Assembly (NCBI GenBank): GCA_002104905.1
Contig: MCFE01000493.1
Span: 2,804 to 66,803, forward strand
Source of the DNA: Basidiobolus meristosporus CBS 931.73
Taxonomy: Eukaryota; Fungi; Basidiobolomycota
Length of the DNA stretch: 64,000 nt
Reading direction: 5' to 3'
Positions 11,948 to 23,924 of the stretch are shown piece after piece. The stretch's first letter is position 1, and every line of letters starts with the position of its first letter. Under the pieces are notes generated by a model, which had not been told where the DNA came from, ran no database searches, and saw nothing but the letters and a program-made list of their open reading frames with translations. A program made the position numbers and the translations under genes.

Positions 11948-12359
11948 AGGTTGGATTTAGGGGATTTTCACATCATTACGCACTCGCCTTGGCTTCCCCT
12001 ACTCATCACTCATACAACGGCACGGAACTCCCTTTCTTTGTGTCTAAAATTGAACATGGCTGTTTCTTCAATTCTTATGATCCCCCGAGCTTTGTCTGGC
12101 TTGTTGATACAAGTCCTAGACATCTCTCATAGTGTGGAAGCTCTTAGATAGCTCTCACCGTTTTCCCACCTCTCTTTCGATTTTCATGTAATTTTCCCTT
12201 AATGATCATGTCAGGATTTCCAAGCTCCCGACTGTGCACTTTGTAGACATGTGATCAGGATTGTTTGCTTTCATTTAATTTGTTCTTTCGCCTTTTACTT
12301 TTCTACAGCCTCTATAAAGATCTCGGACATTAGTGCTGACATCCAACAAATATTCTGAA

Positions 12360-12411
12360 TCCCATAAAGATCCCGAATGTTTATAATCACTGGGATTTCA
12401 TTGGTACCAGC
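12360..12411 (+). promoter_or_regulatory. TCCCAY + TATA-like bipartite promoter of RNA copy 1
   Basis: TCCCA at 12360-12364, then 16 nt, TTATAATC, 23 nt and the element start. The spacing matches the other three copies. Confidence 0.6.
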
Positions 12412-12590
12412 ATGGAAGTTTGTTTAGTCATATTTGATTAAATCGACTCCAACTATCCAATATATGTGCAAATATGGGGATGGCCGTTCAATGGCTTCGC
12501 TCCTTCCATGGTACATTATATCAATGTTGGGGCATCTGAAATTCGTGGTCGAATATTTCGCGCGAGTTATTATTGTCCACGACAATTCAT
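12412..12590 (+). ncRNA. Unassigned structured RNA candidate, copy 1 of 4
   Basis: 1 mismatch to copies 2 and 4, with sharp boundaries. AUGGAAG/CUUCCAU long-range stem and a 3' hairpin followed by ACA. Confidence 0.65.
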
Positions 12591-13202
12591 ATATAGTCTT
12601 ATTACAATCACTGAATCCAAACATAAATAATAATTACATCCGAGAATGCTGAAGCAGTAACGCTCGTCAACACGATAAATCACGATTGGCTTAATAAGAA
12701 GTAGATAAATTTTCTCATACTCACGCTCCAGACCAATCAGGAATCTCCCTGGTTATCAGAATGTTGGGCATGCATTGCTCATCAAGAGCAGGCGATCTTG
12801 ACGTTGTTTACGAACCAATTTACCGGTTATGTTCAGGAAAGTGGGAAGAAATTTCTCACCGCATGAGTTTTATCACCAGATTCATTCCCGCATTTGGAAC
12901 TTGATAGCCCATTGCTGAGAAATCTCTCTCCAGTTGCCATTGAAGCCAGTGAAGGTCACAACATCAGTATTAGCTGGCGTTAACTTTTTAAGAACAAATG
13001 GTCATTCGTGATTTCTGCCTTCTTTAAACGGGTAAATCCGGCTCGAAAATCGAGAACTCGCACAATTTCATGACCGCTTGCATCCCAGCTGGTGGATATG
13101 GTCCTCGTAATGGTGGGATCATCAACACACTGTTCTATAAAAGCCATCCCATGCTACCAGCATAATCATACAGTGAAGACTTCACTTTTATACTATCTAA
13201 GG

Positions 13203-14584
13203 ATGCGCTGCTCTGCTCTTCTCTCTTTAGTGTTGCTCTCTGCTTCGGGGCTGTTGGCAGCTCCAGTGACCGAGTTTCTGACTCGTCCTGTTCGCTATGA
13301 CAACCATAAGCTGCTCCAAGTGAAACGTTCAGATGCCTTGCTTGAACTCGTCAACAAAAACAATCTGGATGTTTGGCACAAGTCCAGCAGTGTCCTACAT
13401 ATTCGCGCGTCTCCTGAGGACATCGATGCACTTAGTGGGTTCGAATCAGAAGTAATCGACGAGAATGTCCAGAAGAGTATTGATGAAGAAACTGAGGTCT
13501 TGAAGCAAGCCTCGCTGGTGAAGCGTGCTGTTGATGATGCCACTTGGTTTCAAAGCTATCATACATTTGCTGACATAGTCCAATGGTTGCAGCAGCTCTC
13601 GAAAAAATACCCAGATCTGGTCACCTATGTGCCATCCATTGGCAAGACCACCCTGGGTAAGGACATCCCAGCCTTGAGGATTACCAGCAAGAACGGAGGA
13701 GAAAAGAAGAAGATCTGGTTCCAGGGACTTCAACATGCCAGAGAATGGATCGCTACCACGACCATGCAGTACCTGGCTGACGGATTCGCCTCAGGGTACG
13801 CCACCGACTCTGACATCAAGGGAATCCTTGACGCAGCCGAGATCATCATCATTCCAGTATCGAATCCAGATGGGTACGAATATACCTGGAACGGGGATCG
13901 TCTATGGAGAAAGAACCGTCGCAACAATGGTGGTGGAGTGTATGGGGTCGATTTGGTAAGCGCTCTATTGACTCTATTAGTATCATAAATAGTATGTAGT
14001 TACTGCATGATTGTGAATCCGTTGCTGATTCCCGGCCATTTCTATTTTAGAACCGTAACTGGCCTGATCATTGGAATCAAGGGGGCTCCTCCAAGAACCC
14101 CAGTGATGAGACTTTCATGGGACCATCAGGTGGCAGTGAGCCAGAGGTGAAGGCATTGATTAACTACTTTTTGCAACAGAAAAATGTTGTTGGGGCCATC
14201 GATTACCATTCTTATGGTGAGCTGATCATGTGGCCATACGCTTGGACCTACTCCAAGGTTGCCAAGAGTGCCGAATATGCCGCACTTGGCAAGGCCATGA
14301 AGAGTGCGATCCGAACTGTCAATACTAGTGAGAGATACACCACACAACAAATCAGTGATTTGTATGTGGCCTCAGGCAGCTCCTCCGACTGGTTCTACGG
14401 TGACCAAGTTGCTCAAGCGCAAGGATTCCGTAGCACTTCGATTGCAGTTGAGCTCTCCCCTTCAGGTTCAGGCGGAGCCAGTGGATTTGTGTTACCTCCT
14501 CAGAACATCATCCCGGTCGGTAAGCAAACACTCGCTGCAGCCAAGGTATTCATCAGCAATGTATTGAAAAGCCCTATCAATTAA
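13203..14584 (+). CDS. Secreted M14A zinc metallocarboxypeptidase (paralog 1); exons 13203-13955, 14051-14584
   Basis: Signal peptide and propeptide. HARE, RKNR, DLNRNW, DYHSY and catalytic VEL motifs. Confidence 0.95.
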
Positions 14585-14689
14585 GTTTACACGAGGCCAA
14601 ATACCATGAAGAGATCTGAATAAAGTAACTTCGACATGACCAAGATTTAGAGTTTGTGTAACTAAGGTAAATACATATAAGGATTATAT

Positions 14690-14868
14690 ATGAGTTGTCG
14701 TGGACAATAATAACTCGCGCGAAATATTCGACCACGAATTTCAGATGCCCCAACATTGATATAATGTACCATGGAAGGAGCGAAGCCATTGAACGGCCAT
14801 CCCCATATTTGCACATATATTGGATAGTTGGAGTCGATTTAATCAAATATGACTAAACAAACTTCCAT
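14690..14868 (-). ncRNA. Unassigned structured RNA candidate, copy 2 of 4
   Basis: Identical to copy 4 and inverted relative to copy 1. Confidence 0.65.
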
Positions 14869-14921
14869 AATGATGCCAAAGTCAGATGAGGGTATTTATT
14901 ACCGAGGGGAAATCTATGGGA
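14869..14921 (-). promoter_or_regulatory. TCCCAY + AATAAATA promoter of RNA copy 2
   Basis: On the minus strand: TCCCA (14921-14917), 16 nt, AATAAATA (14900-14893), then 24 nt. Confidence 0.6.
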
Positions 14922-15217
14922 GACTCACTGAATTCAGGCTATTTCCAGATAATTATCATCGTTTTGAGGCACCATGATGAGTAACTCAGGTCAAGCCCCA
15001 ATCCCGTTTTCTACCTGACCTTACAACATCAATACAGTACACTGGTGGCTAGAAAAAGATCCAAGCTGTTTACTGGTTGACTGATTGGCTGGGCTTGAAT
15101 TTACTGCCTCCACTTGTGGAGCCTAATTATATCATTTGAAGCTCTATCAATAGGGTCAACAACACCCCTCTATTGTTAACCTATTGCAAACTAAACCCAA
15201 CGTTACTTTCGTTTACC

Positions 15218-16059
15218 ATGAACCAACCTGGTGCTGGTAAGTCTAATACTTCCTTGGAAGCCGCGTATTTCCTGAGAGTCGTTTGCCTAACTTATCCCTC
15301 TCTAGATCGCAGACTGATGGCCTGGTTTCAGGCTGTTGATAGGTGAGTGTGAAGAGGCTAGTTTGATGGTGCCGGAGATGTTTTACTAAGCTTCATGTCA
15401 TCTATCCTCCAGTGATAAATCGGGCGACATCACTGCTGAAGAGCTTCAAGTCGCCTTGAAAAATGGTACACCTTGATCCCAGTTGATATATCCTCCCTTC
15501 TTTAAACTCACGCCCCACGTTTAGGGGACTGGACCCCCTTCAACATTGAGACCGTTCGTTTGATGATTAATCTTTTCGACCGTGACAACAACGGCACCAT
15601 CAACTACCAAGAGTTTGTTGGCCTGTGGCGCTACATCGAAGACTGGCAAAGATGCTTCATGGGCTTCGACAAAGATCGTAGCGGATACATCGACTCCCAA
15701 GAACTTCTAGAAGCCCTGAGAGCATTCGGATACAACCTCAGCCCACCATTCGTCAACCTTTTGATCCGCAAATACGATCGTAGAGGTACCGTTTTAGCTT
15801 TCATTCCCCTTCCGGGCGGAGCACTGACTCTCTGAATCTCACAGGAAAGGGCGATGTATCGTTCGACAACTTCATCCAAATCTGCGTAACCATTCGCTCG
15901 CTTACCGAGTCATTCCGCCGTTTCGATTCCAATGGTGATGGCTGGATTCAGATCAACTACGAGCAGGTAAGCTTCAGCGCCATTCCGCATCCAGGCCAAC
16001 CTTGACTAATCCTCGGATTCATCTAGTTCTTGGAGCTTGTTCTCTCCAACAACCGTTAA
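15218..16059 (+). CDS. PEF1: Penta-EF-hand protein (PEF1/ALG-2-like), multi-exon
   Basis: EF loops DKSGDITAEEL, DRDNNGTINYQEF, DKDRSGYIDSQEL and DSNGDGWIQINYEQF. Confidence 0.9.
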
Positions 16060-16283
16060 TTAGTTAGAATGGGCGATATTTAGTAATACCCCAGGTTTCC
16101 CATGATTGTTGATGTCGTCTAATATTATGTAACTTCCTCTTCTCTCACTCAGCCAAAATGCATCGATTGATTATATAAACCAAGATGAGCAAATCTGAAA
16201 CATGTACGGCTAACAAAAGCTAATAATGCACTGCATGGCGGCAGGATATAAATTAATTGACAAAGGATTGTTGTTGCCAAAGA

Positions 16284-17688
16284 ATGCGAACTGTTCACTC
16301 ATTTACTCTTCTACTCTTGACGTCGGCTCAAGTCTTCGGAACACCAGTCACGGACTTGATCAGGAAAGTAGTCCGTTTCGATGACAATAAATTGCTGGAG
16401 TTACGGAACACCCCGGCACTGGCGAGCTTCCTTGAAAGCAGGGATATGGATGTGTGGCGGGTGACTGAAGAAGTAGTACACATCAATGCCGATCCCATAG
16501 ACATGGTTAAACTGGCACCATTTGGATATCAGGTGTTGGTGGATAACCTTCAGGATCGCATTGACCAGGAAAGAGCTGGCCCCAAGTCGGTGAACACTGC
16601 TGACGATTCCAGCTGGTTCAATGAGTACCATACCTTTGACGAAGTTGTCAAGTGGCTGGAGAGGTTGGAGCAGAAGTACCCACGGCTGGTCAAGCTCGTC
16701 CCATCCATTGGCAAAACCACGCTTGGAAAGGATATTCCAGCGATCAAGATTAGCGGGAGTAGGTCAGGCCCAAAGAAGAAGTTCTGGCTGCAGGGGTAGG
16801 TGCATGTGGAGTGATTGTGTGAGGGAAGCGAGCTAAAACGGACCTATTCAGGGTCCAACATGCTAGGGAATGGATTGCTGGCTCGACTATGCAGTACGTC
16901 GCGCATACCTTGACCAATGGCTATGACTCCGATAGCCAGATTAAGAAAATCCTGGACACTACGGAGTTTGTCATTGTGCCTATTGCAAATCCAGATGGTA
17001 TGCCTTCATACATTGGATCTTCAGTCCGTTTTCTTACCCATTTGCAGGATATGAATATACCTGGACCACCAACAGATTCTGGCGTAAAAACATGCGCGAT
17101 AACGGTGATGGAAGCTACGGAGTAGACTTGGTAAATGCATATATAAATACACATGCTTCCCGCATAGCTAAATCTCGGGGTTAGAATCGCAACTGGCCGG
17201 ACCATTGGAACAAGGGTGGGTCCTCAAGCTACCCGAGCTCCTATGTGTATATGGGCCCAAGCCCTGCGAGTGAGCCAGAGGTCAAGTCGCTCATGGCTTA
17301 TTTTCTGAAGTCAGGTCCTTTCCATGGTGCGATTGATTTCCACAGTTATGGTGAATTGATCATGTATCCGTATGCATGGTCGAAGGACACACCAGCTAAT
17401 GGGAAAAGGTATCAGAAATTGGTGGAGTCAATGAAACCCACTGCAGAGTACACTGCCCAACAGAGCAGTGCACTCTACATTGCTTCCGGTGCCTCTGTGG
17501 ACTGGTGGGATAGCCCACAGGTAAAGAAGATCCAAGGGAAAGGTTGCGCCTCCCTCATCATCGAGCTGGAATCCAAGTCAGCAGATGTTGGGTTTGTTCT
17601 TCCACCCGATAGAATTGTCCCCGTTGGGGAGCAAATGATGTCCTCCATCAAGACATTTGTCAAAAGTGTGAGTGAAAACCCATTCTAG
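16284..17688 (+). CDS. Secreted M14A metallocarboxypeptidase (paralog 2, divergent); exons 16284-16795, 16854-16997, 17048-17130, 17185-17688
   Basis: Signal peptide. QHAREW, DLNRNW, DFHSY and IEL motifs after splicing. Confidence 0.93.
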
Positions 17689-17951
17689 CTCTGAATCGTT
17701 GTATATCTGGTTATATCCTTTAATGATGTAATAAAGTTTTGGAAATGATGCCCCTTTGACATGGACTGATCAAACCTGGAAGGCGAATGTTGTGTTTGTA
17801 CCTTTATTCTAGTCTAATAACGGTAGATAAATTACAATAATTGATGTGAAGGTAAAACAAAGGCAGTAAATATATATGAGGCAGAGCAATAAATATCACT
17901 GACAAAGCCCAAGTCATTGAGGAGGGCGCGGCAAAGAATAATGTACTGAGC

Positions 17952-19015
17952 CTAAATCTTCTTGGCCTTTTTCTTCTTCTTGGTGCTCTTATCGCCATCT
18001 TGCTCTGCGTGACGCTTTTTGTTAGCAGGGGTTTCGCCAACGTCTTGGGGAGCTTCCTCGGTAGGGATAAGTGATCCGCTTACGGTGATCATGTCGTTGG
18101 CCTTGACGAGGCTGTTGGACAAGGGTTAGCACGCAATCCACAATAACACAAACACCATAAACACTTACTCCTCGACAGTGAATTCCAACCAGCCATCTGT
18201 GCCGATGGGGGTACCGTTATGCTTAAATACCCATTCACCGGTGACAGGAGCCTCTTCGGACTCACTGGCCTCAGTAGTCTCTTGACGCCACTCGTATTTG
18301 GTTTTTGGAATACACTCGGCTGGAATGGAGGCGTTGAATGTATTGTACAAAAGCAAACCAATGTGATCTTGTGATTGTAGGTTGATGATACCGACTGGAT
18401 GAAGATCCCCGTTAATTTACGAACTTGCCACATCCCTCTCGACACATAACTACGTACCCAACTTGATTCCCTTCTTAGGTTTCCAAATGAGAAGATTGAC
18501 TGTAATCCAGAAGTGGGAGTAAGGCGAATCGTACATTATTCTGCCGGTCTTCTCGAGTATCTGCAAATCGGAGTGGGCTAAAACGATGCCATCCACTTGA
18601 GGTACATAGCTGAGACGAAGAAAAGTCAATATCCTGTGCCATCCCGGCAAAAATCTGTAAAAACCTACCGCATTAAGAAGCTGTTAAGTTGCTCGTTGAT
18701 GCCCTGAAGGGGATTGTTGCAAAAGCAAGGCGGGAGGGTGATGTACATTTTAATGCATGTTTCAGCAAATGGAGAAGCGCTTGCATTGTTCCGCTCTAGA
18801 TCGGGATAAGGCTTGGTGATAGGAATGGGCGACTTGAAGAAGGTTCGCTTCTTGGTGGGGGTGGCTGGAGCTTCGGGTTGGTCAACATTTTCGGTTTCAA
18901 GAGACACGATCTCTTCAGAGAGCTCCTTTGACTTTTTGGCTTTCTTTTGCTTTTTGGAAGGGGTAGCAACGGCTGGGCTACTCTCCAGCGTGACCGATTC
19001 TTTTCTCTTGGCCAT
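17952..19015 (-). CDS. RPA43: RNA polymerase I subunit RPA43, multi-exon
   Basis: YITLPP..GINEQLNSFLMRYVPQVDGIVLAH, IMYDSPYSHFW..WKPKKG, LLYNTFNASIP and WLEFTV motifs. Lys-rich ends. Confidence 0.9.
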
Positions 19016-19942
19016 TTCGGGTTGAAGGTGTTGAACCAGCCTAAACCTCTTCTCAGTGGAGTATCATTTTTTTTTCTTTAGTCGAACTTTTTTCTAATCA
19101 TTTTTTTTTACGCGTTAAAATTTTGACTGAAAATGTATGCAGTTAAAATCAAAGTTGTATGCAACATTGATTTTCTCGCCTGAATGGGAATGGAATGTTC
19201 GACTCGCTCAACCGCTGAATTCATATATAATACATAGCTCCATGACAACGCTCCTTTGAGATTCTACTTCACGTAGGAATCTTGCTGGATAACTTGCTCG
19301 GTATACATCGCTGGATATGACCATATCAAGGAAGACATCCTACATCAATTTATAGAGATATAATAGAGGAGCCACCAACACCTCAGAATTAACTTTAGCT
19401 GTGGGAATGTGCCTGAGACCTCTACAAACATTTCCTTTTTTCCAAGTTGGGGCGTACTTAAGCTCAACAATTAAACCCATTTACAAAGAGAACGTGGTAG
19501 TAAAGATCACCATAAACACAGAACAAACCGACCTTCTTCTCGCGGTAGTATCCATACAAAGCCTAGTCCCCTCATGTCCAAATTATATAGCCAAACTAAG
19601 TCCCAACACAAACCCAAAATATGGAAATGCCTGGGATACTTGTCAACCATTAGGTAACATTAAAATTCCAAGGTAAAATGAAAACATCGAAAAGATTTGA
19701 ATACGTTCCTTTTATGGGAATGTTCATTCAGCATTCATTTAGATGACATACTCATGGTTAGACTAATATATTTGTCGGCCAGTGGTTTAATGGGTACTTA
19801 GTAGTCACTCCTGAGGTTTCTCCCTTCTCCTCAGCTATTCTTATTTTTCGTCATATCCTGTACACTTCACTAAGGTCTTCGCTACTGTTGGATAAAACGA
19901 CAGTTGTTTTATAGAGAATCGATATATAGATATATATCTAAT

Positions 19943-22900
19943 ATGTCGAAGTTTCTAAGTAGAGTTGGTAATCAAATAGACGTACTACAACGTCGGTTAG
20001 AGTCCGGTAACAAGCCAACGGTCCAATTTAGCCCATTACCTGACTCACCACCTGAGGAATTTTGCACTTCGGTTGCTGATGACATACCGTCAGGACGGAG
20101 GAAGGACTTGAAATACCGTAGAAAAAGAAGGCAAAACACATTACTCTCCCTGTTTGGAATTGACCCTGTTCGTGAGAAATTAGGGACTTTCGAAGGAGTA
20201 TTCGTTCCTGTATGCTTATCCATCTGGGGAATCATGCTGTTTGTCAGACAGGGTTATATCATAGGGCAAGCTGGCTTGGTCGAGACTTTCGTCATGTTTA
20301 TTGTTGGCTACCTTATTGCATATTTCACCACCCTTTCTTTATCTGCTATTTCAGCAAATGGAACTGTTCGTGGTACGCTCTGCATTCTTCTCTTATCGAT
20401 ATGTGCCTTCGCACCTATTCAGAGGCGCTACGTGAATAGCCATACTAACTCGTTTTTCAGGTGGTGGTCCGTACTATCTCATTTCGCGTTCTTTGGGTCC
20501 AGAGTTTGGTGGTAGTATTGGCTTAGTTTTCTGGTTCGGAACCATTTTGGGCGGGGTGCTCAACCTGTTGGCCTTTGTCCAACCTTTGCTGACCACTTTC
20601 GGCGAGCAGCAAGGTGCTATGTTTAACGTATTACCGGAGGGGAAGGTAAGCCATTTATCAGAGTACTGCACTGTAATGAGCCTCTCCCAAGTTAACCATT
20701 TTAAACACTTCACCAACAAAGTGGAGCGGTTTTTTCTACAGTTCGGTTTTATTGCTTTGCTGTACTGGCGTCTGTCTCATTGGGTCCAAGGTATGGTTTA
20801 GAACGTTTCAATACAAGCCCTAGCTCTATGACCGTTGTAGTTAACTATTACCCTAGGTCTTCGCGCGCACCTCAATATTTCTCTCGTTTATTATTCTTGT
20901 GTCGACGTTGATTATTTTCCTCTCGTTCTTCATCCGATCCCCGTTTACTGACGTAGACAACGGCATTGAATATACGGGATTGAGCATTCAAACATTGAAG
21001 GAAAACCTGTGGCCGCAATATTCACCTTCAGCAGAGAACCCTAGTAAAGTGGAAAACTATCAAAGTATATTCGCTTTGGTGTTTCCGTGTTTTGTTGGAA
21101 TAATGGCAGGTAATTTGTTCTGCTCGTATAGTTTGCTAGCATGTAAGGCTAACGGTCAAGACGCCAGGAACCTCAATGTCTGGTAATCTTCGTAAGCCCA
21201 GCAAGTCCATCCCTAAGGGAACCTTGGCTGCTGTGGTGGTCACGTTCATGCTCTATATGATTATCAATATCATGTTGGCTGCTTCCACCACCAAAGAAAC
21301 CCTTTTGAAGCGCTTGAGCATCCTTCAGGATATTTCTATCTTCCCTAGTATGGTTGTAGCTGGCGCATTTGCTACCGCCACTTTTGCTACCCTCAGCGCT
21401 TTAATATCATCAGCCAAGATTATCCAAGCCATTGCTAGGTGAGTCTCCCCTAATTTCCTTGGCCGCTTCGTTGGCATTAATATTTCTTACAGAGATCACC
21501 TTCTTCCCATCCTGTCGCTATTCGACCAAGGCACTGACAGATCAGACGATCCCACCTACGCCATTATATTCTCCTATATTCTAATCCAGCTGTTGTTGCT
21601 TACTGGAAGCATTGGTGTGGTGGCGCCATACTTTACCATCTTGTCCATCCTGACATTCGGGATCACCAATCTTGCCTGCTTTTTGCTGAAGATTGGCTCT
21701 GCTCCCAATTTCAGACCCTCCTTCCACCATTTCAAGTGGTACACCGGGTTGATCGGTGTTTCCTTGTGCTTTACCACGATATTCATTATCGACCCACTTC
21801 TGGCCACAATCTCCACCGCGTTCATGAGTATCATGTTTGGTGTCATTCATTATACCACTCTGCCCAAGTCCTGGGGAGATGTCACCCAGAGCCTCATTTA
21901 TCATCAAGTTCGCAAGTACTTGCTAAGATTGGACACTCGTAAGGAACATGTGAAGTTTTGGAGGCCACAGGTAATACCAGCCACCCGAGACCATTGTGTG
22001 TCCATAAGCCAACTAACCATTGCCAAAGATCTTACTTCTAGTCAACAACCCCCGGAACAGCTATCATTTGATCCAGTTCTGCAACTCCCTCAAGAAGGGC
22101 TCGCTGTACATCCTGGGGCATGTGCTGAAGGGAAACTTCCGTTCCAACTTGAACGAATTCCGGAAACAACAAAACGTTTGGCTAAAGTTCGTGGATATCA
22201 CGCAGATCAAGGCTTTTGTTCAGCTGACTATCTCCGACTCGGACAGATTTGGGGCTCGGAATCTGATCGTGGTATGCGGATCCACCACTTCATTCTTGAG
22301 GGAAGCCGTCGTTGCTAATCAATTTGCTAGGGTTCTGGACTTGGTGGAATGCGGCCTAACATCGTCGTGCTTGGCTTTTTCAACTCGTCTAGTCATGAGG
22401 AGAGCCATAACAACAAGAGGAAGCACGTCTCAATCCCCATTGTTGGCTCTCTTCCCACCGACCGAAACAAGCAAGAAACACCGATTCCTATTACGGACTA
22501 TGTGTCCATCATCGAGGACACGCTGGCATTGAACAAGGCGATCGCGATCGCCCATGGCTTCTCCAACCTACGAGACCTACCACCGCTAGATGATGATAGT
22601 AATCTTTTCTCGGCGCACTCTGGCCAAAAATCCCGCAAGAAATACATAGACATCTGGCCCATTCAATTATCCATTCCTAGCGCTTACAACGAGAACGGAT
22701 ACTTGACCAATTTCGATACCTACACCATGGTGCTGCAGATGGGATGTATTCTGCACATGGTTCCATACTGGAAGCAGAACTTCACACTTCGTGTGATGTG
22801 CTTTGTGGAGCGTCGGAGTGATGTTGAGGAGGAGAGAAGGAGGGTTGAGGTGCTGCTAGAGAATTTGAGAGTAGAAGCGGAGCTGCATGTCTTCTGGCTG

Positions 22901-23506
22901 GATTGTGAGGAGCTCACCACATACTCTGCCATTGTCAAAGGTAAACATATCTCTCACCAGAACGATGGCCCCGAGCAATCCAACGGTGTGGATGTTGGGG
23001 AGTCGGCAAGCATGCCCATTGAGAGTGGGTCCTCCCAGTACCTTCGCTCCTCCGGGACTAACTTCAGCCAAGTCTCCCTGAGCTACTCGCAATCCGGTGT
23101 TGTTGGTATGAAAATCAACGTGCCGATCCCGGAGCGAGGGGATGATCATCTAAGTGAAGACTCTGACCTATCTGATATGGAGGAGGTTGAGGAGGAGCAC
23201 ACCCACAGCTTCCCACCCTCCGCTGCTGGATCGGTTGCTACCAGCCAGGAGACGCACAGTAACTCATCCACCGAATTCAACGACCTCCCACCCCACGCAC
23301 AAAATATTATTCTGAATGAGTTGATGCGCTTGCGCTCCAAAGACGCCACCATCCTCTTCACGTCGTTGCCAGCACCAGATCCTGGAACGTGCGAGGAGCA
23401 GGAGAAATGCGAGTACTACATGAACGACCTGAAGCTGCTGGTTAAGGACCTCCCACCCACTTTTCTCATCCACGCCAAATCCATGACCGTCACCACTCAT
23501 CTTTAG
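19943..23506 (+). CDS. VHC1: Cation-chloride cotransporter (SLC12/VHC1-like), multi-exon
   Basis: KLGTFEGVFVP..IWG, SAISANG, GGPYYLISRSLGPEFGGSIG, SGNLRKPSKSIPKGT, APNFRPSF and HVKFWRPQ motifs. C-terminal SMTVTTHL. Confidence 0.92.
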
Positions 23507-23924
23507 AACACCATCATGCGTAAACCTACGACACTGCTCACGTAACCCGAATATCTCCATTCTCTTAGCCATCCATACCTTTTGTGAATCTCAACCAACT
23601 AATACACGTGTGAATATCACAAACACTTGGTTGTTATGAATCCAATAAAGGCTTTATCACTCTGCCGACCGCAGCACCAAGTAAGCTGGCCCCACATTAC
23701 CGCTTTCGAACCAGAACTGCCGTCGTGATCGGAATTGACCATCCACTATTTCCTAATGCTGATCCGAAGCAGGATGCGCAGTAGGCGCCAGTGGCAAATT
23801 CGTACGTGGTGAAAAATCTGTCACTCCGGATTCCGAGGATTTAATGGCTGGTAAGTGACTTGCACTTTTGTCGATTCGTTTGTTTGAACACACCAAGCCA
23901 GGCCTGCTCCTTCCCCACTCGATA

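Noticed and set aside
12284-12330. 16-nt match to U5 snRNA loop I (TCTTTCGCCTTTTACT)
   Set aside because: The closing stem is displaced by 16 nt and there is no Sm site. Probably a chance pyrimidine-rich match.
12425-12450. AGUCAUA and ACUCC complementarity to LSU helix 69 (U19/snR191-like guide)
   Set aside because: The pairing leaves 3-4 unpaired target nucleotides rather than the canonical two, and no H box lies at the right distance.
12434-12652. Repeated small ORF MIKSTPTIQYMCKYGDG... in four places
   Set aside because: It starts at a non-ATG codon and differs in C-terminus between copies. Nucleotide-level identity and the upstream promoter point to an RNA or regulatory element, not a peptide.
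12412-14868. Composite transposon interpretation (inverted repeats around carboxypeptidase 1)
   Set aside because: There is no TSD or transposase, the second pair (33.2/35.0 kb) is in direct orientation, and each copy has its own promoter-like flank.
14974-15018. ATGATGA...CTGA pair suggesting a C/D snoRNA
   Set aside because: Only 45 nt long, with no terminal stem and at most 8 nt of rRNA complementarity.
19190-19215. GTTCGACTC B-box suggesting a tRNA
   Set aside because: No cloverleaf or A-box was found.
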